A DNA stretch of 63,046 bases from a virus. Its lineage: Duplodnaviria > Caudoviricetes. Every line of letters starts with the position of its first letter. Within the stretch, counting starts at the first letter, position 1. The notes beneath the pieces are model-generated. The model was not told the origin of the DNA and did no database searches. It saw only the letters and a list, made by a program, of their open reading frames with translations. Both the position numbers and the translations under genes were made by a program. Where the stretch lies: positions 1 to 63,046 of the IMG/VR virus record IMGVR_UViG_3300020171_000006, one strand, 5' to 3'. Below, piece after piece: positions 1 to 8,942 of this stretch.

Positions 1-127
1 GCAATCTTTCGGGTGCCAAGATTGTCTCCGCATGTAATAGCTATAACAAGATGCGAAACCTGCTTGTGCTGATACTCGGCGGACACAAGCCAACCGAGAC
101 CGAAATCAAAGCCGCGCTGAAGGAGGA
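1..127. repeat. Terminal direct repeat, left copy (circular assembly overlap)
   Basis: Identical to 62920-63046 (127 bp). Confidence 0.97.
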
Positions 128-132
128 ATGAC

Positions 133-549
133 ATGCACGAATTGAAACCCGATGCCGCCGAACAAGCGGCTGAACGCATTGACCGCGACAAGGCAATCAT
201 ATTCGGAGAATTGGCAGAACCTCGTATTGATGCCATCGCCCGAATTATCCGCGAGGTGTACGCGCCACTTGAACAGGAAAATGCCCGCTTAAAAGCCGAC
301 CTCTCAGTAATCGACGAATATTTACCCGGGCATTTCGGAGAGCCGCCAAGTAAGACTATACCCGTCCTCGAACAGCAGGCGCGGGAACTGGCAATAATGC
401 TTAAACCACTTGCGGATCTCGATATTCGCCACATGGGTTCACTCCCCGATAACCGAACCCTACTTATAATACAAGATACATCAATCAAACTTGGCGATAT
501 TCGCAAAGCCCGCGCCGTCCTCGCCAAGTGGGGGAAATCTTGGCGTTAG
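133..549 (+). CDS. Hypothetical early protein
   Basis: 138 aa ORF, SD GGAGG upstream; N-terminus resembles 11195..11458. Confidence 0.8.
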   Translation: MHELKPDAAEQAAERIDRDKAIIFGELAEPRIDAIARIIREVYAPLEQENARLKADLSVIDEYLPGHFGEPPSKTIPVLEQQARELAIMLKPLADLDIRHMGSLPDNRTLLIIQDTSIKLGDIRKARAVLAKWGKSWR

Positions 550-550
550 C

Positions 551-730
551 ATGATTGCACCTGGAAACTACTGAGCTAATTGTGAAATTGTTCCGAATCA
601 ATGCGGTTGTGGTTTATATTGGGTTCGTGTTCATGTAATAAGCTGGATTGATCCGGAACCGGATTATTCAAAAAGCAAGATATTTCAAACATTCAAAATA
701 TGGCGAGCTCATTTCAGACAAACCAATTGA
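551..730 (+). pseudogene. Small ORF interrupted by an in-frame TGA at 572-574
   Basis: MIAPGNY*ANCEIVPNQCGCGLYWVRV...RQTN*; the frame stays open after a single stop. Confidence 0.35.
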
Positions 731-762
731 AAAACAACGAAATCCGAAACCGGAGAGTGCCA

Positions 763-893
763 CTATTCAGTTTTATTTCTGAACGGTATGGAAAGTATCT
801 GCCGGAAATAAAAACTGTACAATAATTAAAATTAATTTCACATCCTTCCCCCTCCCCCTTTAGGGGGGAGGGGAATGTAAAATAAAAATTGTT
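763..893 (+). repeat. 131-bp direct repeat of the DUF932-like gene 3' end plus GC hairpin (copy of 61198-61328)
   Basis: Encodes the same LFSFISERYGKYLPEIKTVQ* with 9 synonymous changes, followed by 68 identical non-coding bp. Confidence 0.95.
841..878. terminator. Strong C-run/G-run hairpin (terminator or RNA stabiliser)
   Basis: CCCCCTCCCCC-TTTA-GGGGGGAGGGG; no classic U-tract. Confidence 0.5.
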
Positions 894-909
894 AGAAAGG
901 AAAAAAGTA

Positions 910-1059
910 ATGCATATAAAATATCCAAACATTACCGTTCAATTAGTTGGTGAAGATGGAAATGCATTTAATATTCTTGGAAAGGTAACAAAAACACTAA
1001 AAAGAAATAGAGTAATTCAGTCTGACTTTATTTTAATACCACCAAAAAAACATATATAA
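910..1059 (+). pseudogene. Truncated paralog of 59895..60083
   Basis: MHIKYPNITVQLVGEDGNAFNILGKV aligns with PKVKLSGTDENVFALAGK; C-terminus is replaced by the promoter motif. Confidence 0.55.
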
Positions 1060-1075
1060 TATAATAAGAGGGGAG
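1031..1075 (+). promoter_or_regulatory. Promoter + RBS cassette (twin of 59072-59116 on the minus strand)
   Basis: TTTAAT-17 nt-TATAAT then AGAGGGGAG; 42/45 identical to the minus-strand copy. Confidence 0.75.
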
Positions 1076-1082
1076 ATTCCAT

Positions 1083-1283
1083 TTGAATACAAATCTAAAA
1101 TTAGAAATCATCAAGAAATTTCGTACCCAGTTAGATTTTGCTAAAGCTGTAAAATTAAATGAACAGTTCATTTCCAGGGTAATAACTGAGCGATCCAGTA
1201 TTTCACCACAAGAACAACAGAGATGGGCAGATATTCTAAAGTGCAAAGTTCATACTATTTTTCTGGAAACAGTTCCCAAATAA
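1083..1283 (+). CDS. XRE/Cro-like HTH protein
   Basis: TQLDFAKAVKLNEQFISRVI HTH pattern; TTG start after SD. Confidence 0.7.
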   Translation: MNTNLKLEIIKKFRTQLDFAKAVKLNEQFISRVITERSSISPQEQQRWADILKCKVHTIFLETVPK

Positions 1284-1295
1284 CTAAGGAGGTTT

Positions 1296-1943
1296 GTGGT
1301 GAAAGCATCTGAGTATCTTGACAAGAAAATTCTTTTTATCAATCCCGACACTGAAAAGGAGGAAACAGGAACAGTAACAGCAGTTGAAGATGATGATACT
1401 CTGGAAATTAATGGTGAGTATATCGCTTCTCCTGAAGATGTTAAACTTACCGAAGAAGAAGTAGAAACCGAAACAGAGGAAATTGAAGAGAAGGTGGCTG
1501 CTAATGAAGTATTAACAGCAGAAAACATCTTGGCAATTGAGGATAAAAGCATCCTCAAAGCGATCCTCAAAGAAAACAATATCAGACCTACCAACCCTGG
1601 AGTTTACAAAACTGCTGAAACACTCCAGAAATTCATCATTGAATCTTTACAGTTAAAGGATACTGTAAAGGTTACAAAGGAAGCAAAACTGGAAAAGAAA
1701 ACTGTAGTAAAACCAGAAAAGAAAGTGGAAAATCCTATCCCTGCAAAAACTCCAAAGGAGAAAAAGGAGAAAAAGGACTCGATGGTGGGATATATCTGCC
1801 ATTTAATTCTTTCCGGAGAAACTAATTCTAAAGTGCTTTTTGCAAAAGTACAAACAGAGTTTCCAAATAAGGGAGAAAAAGCAATTAATTCCAATATTCA
1901 GTATGATCTTTACATGGCAAAACATTTCGGAATTATCAAGTAA
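1296..1943 (+). CDS. Hypothetical Lys/Glu-rich protein
   Basis: 215 aa, SD AAGGAGG. Confidence 0.75.
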   Translation: MVKASEYLDKKILFINPDTEKEETGTVTAVEDDDTLEINGEYIASPEDVKLTEEEVETETEEIEEKVAANEVLTAENILAIEDKSILKAILKENNIRPTNPGVYKTAETLQKFIIESLQLKDTVKVTKEAKLEKKTVVKPEKKVENPIPAKTPKEKKEKKDSMVGYICHLILSGETNSKVLFAKVQTEFPNKGEKAINSNIQYDLYMAKHFGIIK

Positions 1944-1967
1944 CCCCACTCCTTGGTGGGAAGGTGG

Positions 1968-2016
1968 CTGGTAAGGGTGATTACAAACCTGAGTACCCGT
2001 AGTTGCCCTTACCAGT
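1968..2016. terminator. Long intergenic hairpin
   Basis: CTGGTAAGGGTGATTAC / GTAGTTGCCCTTACCAG stem. Confidence 0.5.
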
Positions 2017-2181
2017 TAAATAAAAAGGAAAATGAAAAATGGGTGGTGGCAGAATTTCCACATTAGGAAAATGCACAGACAAACGTGGTCTGGTATCAGT
2101 GGAGTTGCACAGCTTCTCCTGTATACAACTGATTGCAGGTAAATAAATGAATCCTGTCCACCCTTTCGAAAAGAGATTACA

Positions 2182-3015
2182 ATGAAATTCCTATTACTCT
2201 CAGATACCCACCTCCGTTCGACCTGTCCAATTGGTCGCAAGGATGATTTCCGAACTACCCAATATAACAAGTGGAAATACATTATTAATACCGCTATTAC
2301 TCAAAATGTATCTGCCATTTTACAGGCAGGTGATCTATTTGATATTCCTTCCCCATCCCTTGGTTTAATAACTGAGATAGCTGAACATCTAATAGAATTA
2401 AAAAAATGGGATATAAAATTTCTAACTATTCCTGGGCAACATGACCAACTCATGCGTTCCTCAGATTTATCCAGAACTGCTATGGGCGTTCTCAATAAAG
2501 TGGGTTTGCTTAGCGTTATTCCTGATGGAAAATTTACTACTGAAATTCTAATTGTACATGATATGATTGGAAACAAACCTTTATATCCTGGGCATGAAAT
2601 TACTTATGCTAAGAAATATCTTACTTCTCATCCTGAGTTTGACCTTATCTTATGTGGAGACTATCATTACCCCTTCATTGAAAAAGATGGTAATAGAATT
2701 ATTGTTAATACTGGTTGTTTACTCAGATTAACCAGAAACCCAGATGATATGTTTAGAATTCCACATTTCTATATTTACAATACTGAAGATAAGTCATTAG
2801 AAAAATTTGAAATAGAAATTCCGCCAGTTGAAGATACATTTATAATGTCCGATTACAAAACCGATGAAGTGGATAGAAAAAATGTTATTAAACTGATAGA
2901 AAGATTAAAAAATAGAGGAGTTGGTATTGGATTTTTGTTAGTATTGGAATCATATTGTAAAGAGAATAATATTGATCCTGAAATAAGAGCAGTGATAGCA
3001 GAAGCATTAGAATAA
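2182..3015 (+). CDS. sbcD: Mre11/SbcD-like metallophosphoesterase nuclease
   Basis: SDTH, AGDLFD, PGQHD and GDYH motifs. Confidence 0.88.
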   Translation: MKFLLLSDTHLRSTCPIGRKDDFRTTQYNKWKYIINTAITQNVSAILQAGDLFDIPSPSLGLITEIAEHLIELKKWDIKFLTIPGQHDQLMRSSDLSRTAMGVLNKVGLLSVIPDGKFTTEILIVHDMIGNKPLYPGHEITYAKKYLTSHPEFDLILCGDYHYPFIEKDGNRIIVNTGCLLRLTRNPDDMFRIPHFYIYNTEDKSLEKFEIEIPPVEDTFIMSDYKTDEVDRKNVIKLIERLKNRGVGIGFLLVLESYCKENNIDPEIRAVIAEALE

Positions 3016-3031
3016 ACCAAGGAGGAAAGCA

Positions 3032-4213
3032 ATGAAGCATGATAAAAGAAACAGCAAGGGTAGATTTACAAAGAAAGAATCTGAAGTACAACTACACGGT
3101 CAACTGGCACAACAGGCAAAAGATGAAAAGTGGATGCCGATACGAGAATGGGAATTAGCGGGCGCGAAAGGTGAGTCGCCATTCGACTATACTTCGGTTA
3201 ATAATTGTGCGTTCTGTCAACATTATAAGAAATGTGTGTGGGCTTTTGATGTTGGATGCCCACTTTATAGATGCGCCGACCTTGTTGATGCCTGTAGAAA
3301 ATCCCACAATTCCACCCCTATGCTTGCTGTTCTTGATGGGTTCATCGAAGCGGCAAGGAAAGAACGGGAACCCGCGCCGGAGCCGTTCGAGGCGATGGTG
3401 TATAACAATCGTGCGCTTGAGGACTCGACACACAGATGCTATGGCTTATTCAAGCTTATCGAGGTGTCCGAAATGGGTACACTCTATAAAGCAGGTGATG
3501 GTCAATATCATGACATGGGAGGCGGATATTTGGTAGATAGGTTTGACTTTGCCACACCTGCCGAGCGTGAGCGGTTCGAGAATGTCAAGCGTGAGGTTGA
3601 GCGCAAGGGACAACGGTATGAGGGAAACGTTACTTTTACCATTCCTGAGGGTAAAATAGTTGTGTATGCAGGGGAGTTCCGCCAACCCGCACAAGATGAA
3701 CTATATAATTGGGAGATGAGTGCCGTTTATGCGCATATTGTACCTAATGAACTTCGCACCATCCTCGCGCTCATAGACGACCCGGACGTGAAGAAGAAGC
3801 CGGAACCAATGAACATGACTATCGCGGGACAGAAAGTCAAGATGTACGCTAACCCACATCGCTGCGCTGATTGCGCCCATCCGTTCGCACCTAAGCCGAA
3901 GCCGCAGTTTGAGGTCGGACAGGTGGTCTGTAACAAATCCACGGGGGAATTATTCCGAATCAGCAAGTATAATACTGGTTGGCTGTATGACAAAAATGGA
4001 AGTTGTCATGCTGAAGGTGCGTGTCGCCCTGCTCGCCTGTCAGATTTCCGCAAGACTAGTAACGGGGTCGAGGTGCTGATGCAATATGCAAGCACCGGAA
4101 ATGTGAATTTTTGGATAAACCGACACGGTAATTTCATTATGCATAAAGATGGCGAACTTCTTGCCACCGCGCTGGGATGTGTTGTGGCTCCCGCCGATAT
4201 AACGGAGGAGTAA
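3032..4213 (+). CDS. Hypothetical mosaic Cys-containing protein
   Basis: 393 aa, SD AGGAGG; start of a higher-GC accessory island. Confidence 0.75.
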   Translation: MKHDKRNSKGRFTKKESEVQLHGQLAQQAKDEKWMPIREWELAGAKGESPFDYTSVNNCAFCQHYKKCVWAFDVGCPLYRCADLVDACRKSHNSTPMLAVLDGFIEAARKEREPAPEPFEAMVYNNRALEDSTHRCYGLFKLIEVSEMGTLYKAGDGQYHDMGGGYLVDRFDFATPAERERFENVKREVERKGQRYEGNVTFTIPEGKIVVYAGEFRQPAQDELYNWEMSAVYAHIVPNELRTILALIDDPDVKKKPEPMNMTIAGQKVKMYANPHRCADCAHPFAPKPKPQFEVGQVVCNKSTGELFRISKYNTGWLYDKNGSCHAEGACRPARLSDFRKTSNGVEVLMQYASTGNVNFWINRHGNFIMHKDGELLATALGCVVAPADITEE

Positions 4214-4214
4214 G

Positions 4215-4406
4215 ATGAGACGATACTGTGAAACACCATCGGGGAAAATAGACCCATGCTTAGTTGGATGGGGAGCATACTCGAATTTAAATAGCACAAA
4301 GAGTTGCCATGACGAGCCGATTGAAGAAAACTGTCGGAGAATTGTGCAGGAAGATGGCGTACAATTATGCCCCTCTTGTGGGCGTGAATTGGATGAAAGG
4401 CCATGA
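4215..4406 (+). CDS. Small Zn-ribbon protein
   Basis: C-terminal CPSCGREL. Confidence 0.65.
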   Translation: MRRYCETPSGKIDPCLVGWGAYSNLNSTKSCHDEPIEENCRRIVQEDGVQLCPSCGRELDERP

Positions 4407-4438
4407 CCAAATACATCTGCTTAAGGGAGAAGTGAGAG

Positions 4439-4711
4439 ATGAAAATAATTATCAGTATCCTACTTATTGTTTGTCTAATTAGCATGATAGTACAATGCAA
4501 TGGGGAGTTTGACAAATACATATCAGACTTTTCGCTGGTTGTACTTGATCAGGAATCAACAGCCATGACAGATGAAGAGTTTGATAAATACATAGTTGTA
4601 TTTGATAATGGATGGCTGAATAGTATGTCATCGGGACCAGACACACTCACAATGAAACAATTTACGAGGTCGGTTGATGATATTGTTAATGAACAGGGGG
4701 CAAAGCCATGA
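4439..4711 (+). CDS. Membrane-anchored or secreted small protein
   Basis: N-terminal hydrophobic stretch; internal EFDKYI duplication. Confidence 0.65.
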   Translation: MKIIISILLIVCLISMIVQCNGEFDKYISDFSLVVLDQESTAMTDEEFDKYIVVFDNGWLNSMSSGPDTLTMKQFTRSVDDIVNEQGAKP

Positions 4712-5232
4712 CTACCTACATCTGCTGGATTATCGTACTGTCTATCATCACCAACGCGCTGAGAGGTTTGCATCAAAGTCAGGTCATGTGTAAGCCGACC
4801 GACAAGCAGCATCGGCAAATAGTATGGGATAGACATGATGAAATTGATAACTATAATTTTGGCGCTGATTATTCACAATATGTAATGTCGGGGGTTGATT
4901 TTATTCGCCAGTTCAACCTTGGCGCACGCGGGCATATCTGGTATCGCTGGTATCATGCCATTGACGCGGGATCATTCATGGCGTTTGCGGGCTTGGTCTG
5001 GATGCTGTCTCACGCCGGGTCATGGGCGCCGTTCGGGCTGGCACTCACGGTCATGTGGGTCGCATACGAACCTATGTATCAGTACGGACGGTACAAGACG
5101 ATATTCGACACGGCGTACAAGGAGCACGTATGTTTCTTCGATCTCATAGATTTCCACGCAAGCAAATGGACAATGACAGCCGTGCGGATGGCGCTGGTGG
5201 CAATCATGGTAGCACTCACAATCGGAGGATAA
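4708..5232 (+). CDS. Integral membrane protein
   Basis: Several hydrophobic segments; ATGA coupling. Confidence 0.7.
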   Translation: MTTYICWIIVLSIITNALRGLHQSQVMCKPTDKQHRQIVWDRHDEIDNYNFGADYSQYVMSGVDFIRQFNLGARGHIWYRWYHAIDAGSFMAFAGLVWMLSHAGSWAPFGLALTVMWVAYEPMYQYGRYKTIFDTAYKEHVCFFDLIDFHASKWTMTAVRMALVAIMVALTIGG

Positions 5233-5233
5233 G

Positions 5234-5383
5234 ATGGATAGTTGGCAAGCACTTCAATCGGGCATGTTGGCTTTGCTTTTATGCGGGATGTTTCTTCAGC
5301 CGAATACAAGAATTAAGGGCGTGGCGATTGTTTGGGGGGTTACATCTATAGTATATTTTGTTTATGCTGTGGTCTTGGCGTGA
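5234..5383 (+). CDS. Small 2-TM membrane protein (49 aa, not in ORF track)
   Basis: SD GGAGG; MDSWQALQSGMLALLLCGMFLQ...VYAVVLA. Confidence 0.55.
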   Translation: MDSWQALQSGMLALLLCGMFLQPNTRIKGVAIVWGVTSIVYFVYAVVLA

Positions 5384-5432
5384 ATTACCGCTTGATATAA
5401 CCGCCTCGCATGTCGAGGCATAGGAGAAAACA

Positions 5433-5537
5433 ATGCCAGTAAAACTTCAGTGGTGTATTTTTGCATCGGGTTTCCTTTCCTGTTTGATAGTTTGCATAAC
5501 TATTTATTTTAATTGGTTATACTGTATCTGTCGATGA
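5433..5537 (+). CDS. Small hydrophobic peptide (34 aa, not in ORF track)
   Basis: SD AGGAG; MPVKLQWCIFASGFLSCLIVCITIYFNWLYCICR. Confidence 0.45.
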   Translation: MPVKLQWCIFASGFLSCLIVCITIYFNWLYCICR

Positions 5538-5541
5538 TAAT

Positions 5542-5659
5542 GCTGGCGGTGGTCGAAAGACATGCGAATCAGGAAAGTTAGTAGTAAGCACTGAGGCTGA
5601 TGCTGCCTCCCTGGGCATGAGGGTGACGATTTGACTTTCCGCAGTCCCTCACCGCCAGC
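5542..5659 (+). ncRNA. Multibranch structured RNA of unknown class
   Basis: GCTGGCGGTG/CACCGCCAGC closing stem, GTC-GAAA-GAC tetraloop, GGAAAGTTAG/TTGACTTTCC inner stem. Confidence 0.5.
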
Positions 5660-5668
5660 TAAACAACC

Positions 5669-5764
5669 TTACCGGCTGTAGTCTAATGTCCATACTGGGC
5701 GTTGCAATTAAGGACGGACGCGCACTAACAAGCGAGCAGGTGTACCAGTCCTGCCAGCCGGTAA
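5669..5764 (+). ncRNA. tRNA-like (pseudo-tRNA) element
   Basis: CCGGCTG/CAGCCGG acceptor-like stem, TAGTCTAA D-arm start, GCAGG/CCTGC T-arm with a non-canonical 9-nt loop. Confidence 0.5.
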
Positions 5765-5780
5765 ATGAAAGGAGCGAAAG

Positions 5781-6107
5781 ATGTACTTCTGGAAAGAATG
5801 TCGCCCTGAAATTAAATCGTGTGGTGATTGTCCCGATGTGGATACATGCCAAGAGGAAATGGCGCCACATATTCCCGCCTTCCCCGCCGCCGATGAATGG
5901 CATCCGATTGCCGAGGCACTGAGGGATGGAACTGAGATATTAGCAGAACGCTTATTTGGCAATGGTACGATAATCTGTCTTATCCATTGGAGTGATGATG
6001 CCAAGGAATGGCGAGATAATGAAGGTACAGGCACATATTTATCCGATGACGAAATTATTCGATTTGCAATCATCAACCTACCGGAGATAGGCGAAGGAGG
6101 AAAGTGA
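5781..6107 (+). CDS. Hypothetical protein (WHPI...DGT motif, DUF551-like)
   Basis: SD AAGGAG; Cys cluster then WHPIAEALRDGTEIL. Confidence 0.65.
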   Translation: MYFWKECRPEIKSCGDCPDVDTCQEEMAPHIPAFPAADEWHPIAEALRDGTEILAERLFGNGTIICLIHWSDDAKEWRDNEGTGTYLSDDEIIRFAIINLPEIGEGGK

Positions 6108-6340
6108 TGAGTATACACAGTGACCGCGTAGAATGGGCGTTGAACCACCTTGAGGGATTTTCGCGCGAAGCTACTGATTATCTGCGGGAAGAAATTACCC
6201 GTCAGGACAAGGCAATGCGGGATATGCTTGAAAAGGGAAACTTTGGATGTGCATGTTGTGTATATCGGAAACAAGAAGATTGCGAGGATAAATGTACGGA
6301 AGGTCGTCGCGCTTACTTCATGGGCGAGAAAGGGAAGTGA
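6104..6340 (+). CDS. Small Cys-rich protein
   Basis: CACC..C..C; coupled to neighbours. Confidence 0.65.
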   Translation: MMSIHSDRVEWALNHLEGFSREATDYLREEITRQDKAMRDMLEKGNFGCACCVYRKQEDCEDKCTEGRRAYFMGEKGK

Positions 6341-6993
6341 TGGCAATAAATAATTGCGAATTTGCCAAAATGAAGCAATGTGAACATCTCGATGATTTGG
6401 AACGTCAGCTTACCGTAGTCAACGCTGACCTTGCCGACTGTAAGTGTTTGCTTGCCGGAGCCCTGCGAATAGCCAATCGCGCACAAGAGGGCTCATGCGT
6501 AGACTGCAAGGAGCTTGCCGAAGCTAAAGAGGAAGCCGCTGAATTCTCGAGGGAACTCAATGTGTCCGGTGGGCATGTGTTTGATTTGAAGCGAGAGCTT
6601 GTCGATGCCAACGCTGCGATACTCAAACTGTCAAAAGAACTAATATTAATCGGTGAAACAATAGGTGCTAAACCACACGGGTCATACTATGAACAGGTCA
6701 AAAAGTTTAAGGATGAAGCTAACGTGTCCATAGAAACAAACGAGAATATCAGACTAAAGAAAGAACTTGCCATCTCTGAGCGCAACCGACTGGTCAATCT
6801 CGGGATAGCACAGCGTGAAGAGGAGCGTGCGGATAAAGCAGAGCGTGAGGTTGTGGTCATACGGAAACAACTTGATGACCTGTTTAATGCATGCGTCCAC
6901 AATGATAATCCCGCCGTCAATAAAGCGTTAGATAGCATTGCCGGTGCCCGCGCCGAACTCGCAGAGAAAGGAGAGGACGATGTCAAAGGTTAA
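6340..6993 (+). CDS. Coiled-coil hypothetical protein
   Basis: Start moved to MAINNC (TGATG overlap). Confidence 0.7.
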   Translation: MAINNCEFAKMKQCEHLDDLERQLTVVNADLADCKCLLAGALRIANRAQEGSCVDCKELAEAKEEAAEFSRELNVSGGHVFDLKRELVDANAAILKLSKELILIGETIGAKPHGSYYEQVKKFKDEANVSIETNENIRLKKELAISERNRLVNLGIAQREEERADKAEREVVVIRKQLDDLFNACVHNDNPAVNKALDSIAGARAELAEKGEDDVKG

Positions 6994-7219
6994 GAAATTT
7001 AAGCGTGGCGACAGTGTAGTTCTGCACATTCCGGCTATCTTTATTTGCAACGTATCGTATGATAAATATCGTGTCTATTGCCCTGTATTCGGGCGAGAAG
7101 TAGAAATAGACCCCGCCGAGGATGTTGCCAAAATTACAAAAGGACAGTTCAAGGAAGTAATAAACGCAATTTACGAAACAGACATTGTGTTCGGGAAGGA
7201 GTCAGCCGATGCCGAATAA
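6980..7219 (+). CDS. Hypothetical protein
   Basis: SD GGAGAGG, MSKVKKFKRGDSV. Confidence 0.65.
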   Translation: MSKVKKFKRGDSVVLHIPAIFICNVSYDKYRVYCPVFGREVEIDPAEDVAKITKGQFKEVINAIYETDIVFGKESADAE

Positions 7220-7490
7220 ACTGGGACCATGTCCAAAGTGTGCTTGTTTCGACATTGAATCCGCAGATGATATTGGGTATGATGACCATTGGTATTGCGT
7301 AGATTGTGGATATATGGAGCCAAAGGACACGTGGAACACCCGCGCATACCTCGCTCCAGTGCGGGAACTGGTAGAAACTATAGACAGCGTGTCGGAATTT
7401 CTTGAGGATGTACTAACCCCAGGGGTATGGATGTTAATCAAAAACAAGACTACCGCCGTGCGCGAGAAGGTATTCGGAGAGGACGTATGA
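7209..7490 (+). CDS. Lar-like Zn-finger protein
   Basis: PCPKC...CVDCG...WNTR. Confidence 0.6.
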   Translation: MPNKLGPCPKCACFDIESADDIGYDDHWYCVDCGYMEPKDTWNTRAYLAPVRELVETIDSVSEFLEDVLTPGVWMLIKNKTTAVREKVFGEDV

Positions 7491-7711
7491 ATAGACAATG
7501 CGTGAGTATAAAGTCAGTCGGGGTCATTAACACCGTTACACTCATTGGTGATGGTGGCGTTGAATTTATACCTTGTCCGCTCGAATACGAGATGAGTAGA
7601 GCAGTTGCGGAGAAGTTGAAGGCAGATATAGAAAAATATGGCAACGCAAAGACTACATTATTCATAATCATTGACTCGCTGACAGCGGATGAACGGGAGG
7701 ATGCCCTATGA
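7487..7711 (+). CDS. Hypothetical protein with MSxxVAE...IIDSLT module
   Basis: ATGA coupling; C-terminal module shared with 8574 and 8939. Confidence 0.65.
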   Translation: MNRQCVSIKSVGVINTVTLIGDGGVEFIPCPLEYEMSRAVAEKLKADIEKYGNAKTTLFIIIDSLTADEREDAL

Positions 7712-8007
7712 AAATACCAATACCGTGTCAGTGTGGGAATTCCAATCCCAGACTCGATCCATCATACCGTAAGGGATGGACACGCCCGGATGGGTATGAA
7801 ATATTATGCCCAAATTGCGGAAGAGAAGTCTATAAAAAGACAAAAGAATCCGCAATATTGGCATGGAATGAACTTAACTATCGCCCGAATCCGCTCGAAG
7901 CCCCGGCGCGAAAGCTGATTACAACCATGCTCACTATAAAATGTGCCGACCCATCAGAGGCGAATAGGTTACGCCAAGCATGTGATGAAATGGAGGATGT
8001 CCTATGA
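7708..8007 (+). CDS. Lar-like Zn-finger protein
   Basis: PCQCG...CPNCG...AILAWN. Confidence 0.65.
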   Translation: MKIPIPCQCGNSNPRLDPSYRKGWTRPDGYEILCPNCGREVYKKTKESAILAWNELNYRPNPLEAPARKLITTMLTIKCADPSEANRLRQACDEMEDVL

Positions 8008-8306
8008 TTAACAATGAATATCCCGATGAGGATGAATTACAGAAAATTCAGACATGGGATTATAGCGACTTCAAGGGTCTTATGGAATTCATCTATGAAA
8101 TATGGAAGTATCACGAACCCAATCCTGGCTGGTGTGGATGGAAACAACGAAGCAGAAAATACTGGTTGCATACAGGCGGATGGTCAGGGAATGAAGAAAT
8201 TATCGGAGCGATGATGAATAACAATATTTTTTGGATGATATGTTGGGTATCAAATAAACGTGGTGGTCATTATATTTTTGAGTTGCCAAAGGAGAAGAAT
8301 GGATAA
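8004..8306 (+). CDS. Phage hypothetical protein (TGGWSGNE motif)
   Basis: LHTGGWSGNEEII...RGGHYIF. Confidence 0.75.
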   Translation: MINNEYPDEDELQKIQTWDYSDFKGLMEFIYEIWKYHEPNPGWCGWKQRSRKYWLHTGGWSGNEEIIGAMMNNNIFWMICWVSNKRGGHYIFELPKEKNG

Positions 8307-8577
8307 GCCAGTTATCTACAAAATGGCGACAACTGCCAAGCCAATTACGCGAGAGCAATTAGATGAGCTGCTCAACGCTATGCAATCCAGAATGGGCGCA
8401 GTAATTATCGCCCCTATCCGCGACTACGCCGACCAGCGGGATGCAATTATAGACAGGATGACAAAACATATATCCAGCACTTGTATTTGCTGCCCGATTC
8501 TCGGCATAGGTACATGTCCCAGGGATGCCGAACAATGCCCGGAAACGGTCAACCGCTATTTCGCGGAGGGAAAATGA
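8299..8577 (+). CDS. Cys-rich hypothetical protein
   Basis: SD AAGGAG; DQRDAIIDRM module shared with the next gene. Confidence 0.65.
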   Translation: MDKPVIYKMATTAKPITREQLDELLNAMQSRMGAVIIAPIRDYADQRDAIIDRMTKHISSTCICCPILGIGTCPRDAEQCPETVNRYFAEGK

Positions 8578-8942
8578 CAATAGGCAAATATAATGACCAG
8601 CAAGATGCAACTATCGACAGAATGGTAGTATGGATATTTGAGAATGATGCCTGTAATATATGCCAAGAAATTGACAAAAAACCATGTGGTGCTGATGTGC
8701 CGACACTCGGATGTAGAAAGCCGTTGCCGGATAAAATTAAACGTTATTTCGTTGACGCGGCAAACGAACTCATCAAACAACGCGATACTGAACTTGGCAT
8801 CCTGCGTCATCACAAGATGAGCAAGACGGTGGCGGAGGAATTGAAGGCGAAGATACGCGATCGATTTAATTGCTTTATTCGGAATGAATATCTACGTGGA
8901 CTTAGCGACATCATCGACTCGCTGACCGAGGAGGACGTATGA
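8574..8942 (+). CDS. Hypothetical modular protein
   Basis: DQQDATIDRM + Cys cluster + MSKTVAE...IIDSLT. Confidence 0.65.
   Translation: MTIGKYNDQQDATIDRMVVWIFENDACNICQEIDKKPCGADVPTLGCRKPLPDKIKRYFVDAANELIKQRDTELGILRHHKMSKTVAEELKAKIRDRFNCFIRNEYLRGLSDIIDSLTEEDV

Noticed and set aside
551-730. TGA recoding (genetic code 4/25) suggested by an in-frame TGA
   Set aside because: Core genes are intact in code 11 and many end in TGA with ATGA coupling; a single nonsense change is simpler
5669-5764. Functional canonical tRNA
   Set aside because: It has no TTCRA T-loop and no clean anticodon arm; kept only as tRNA-like
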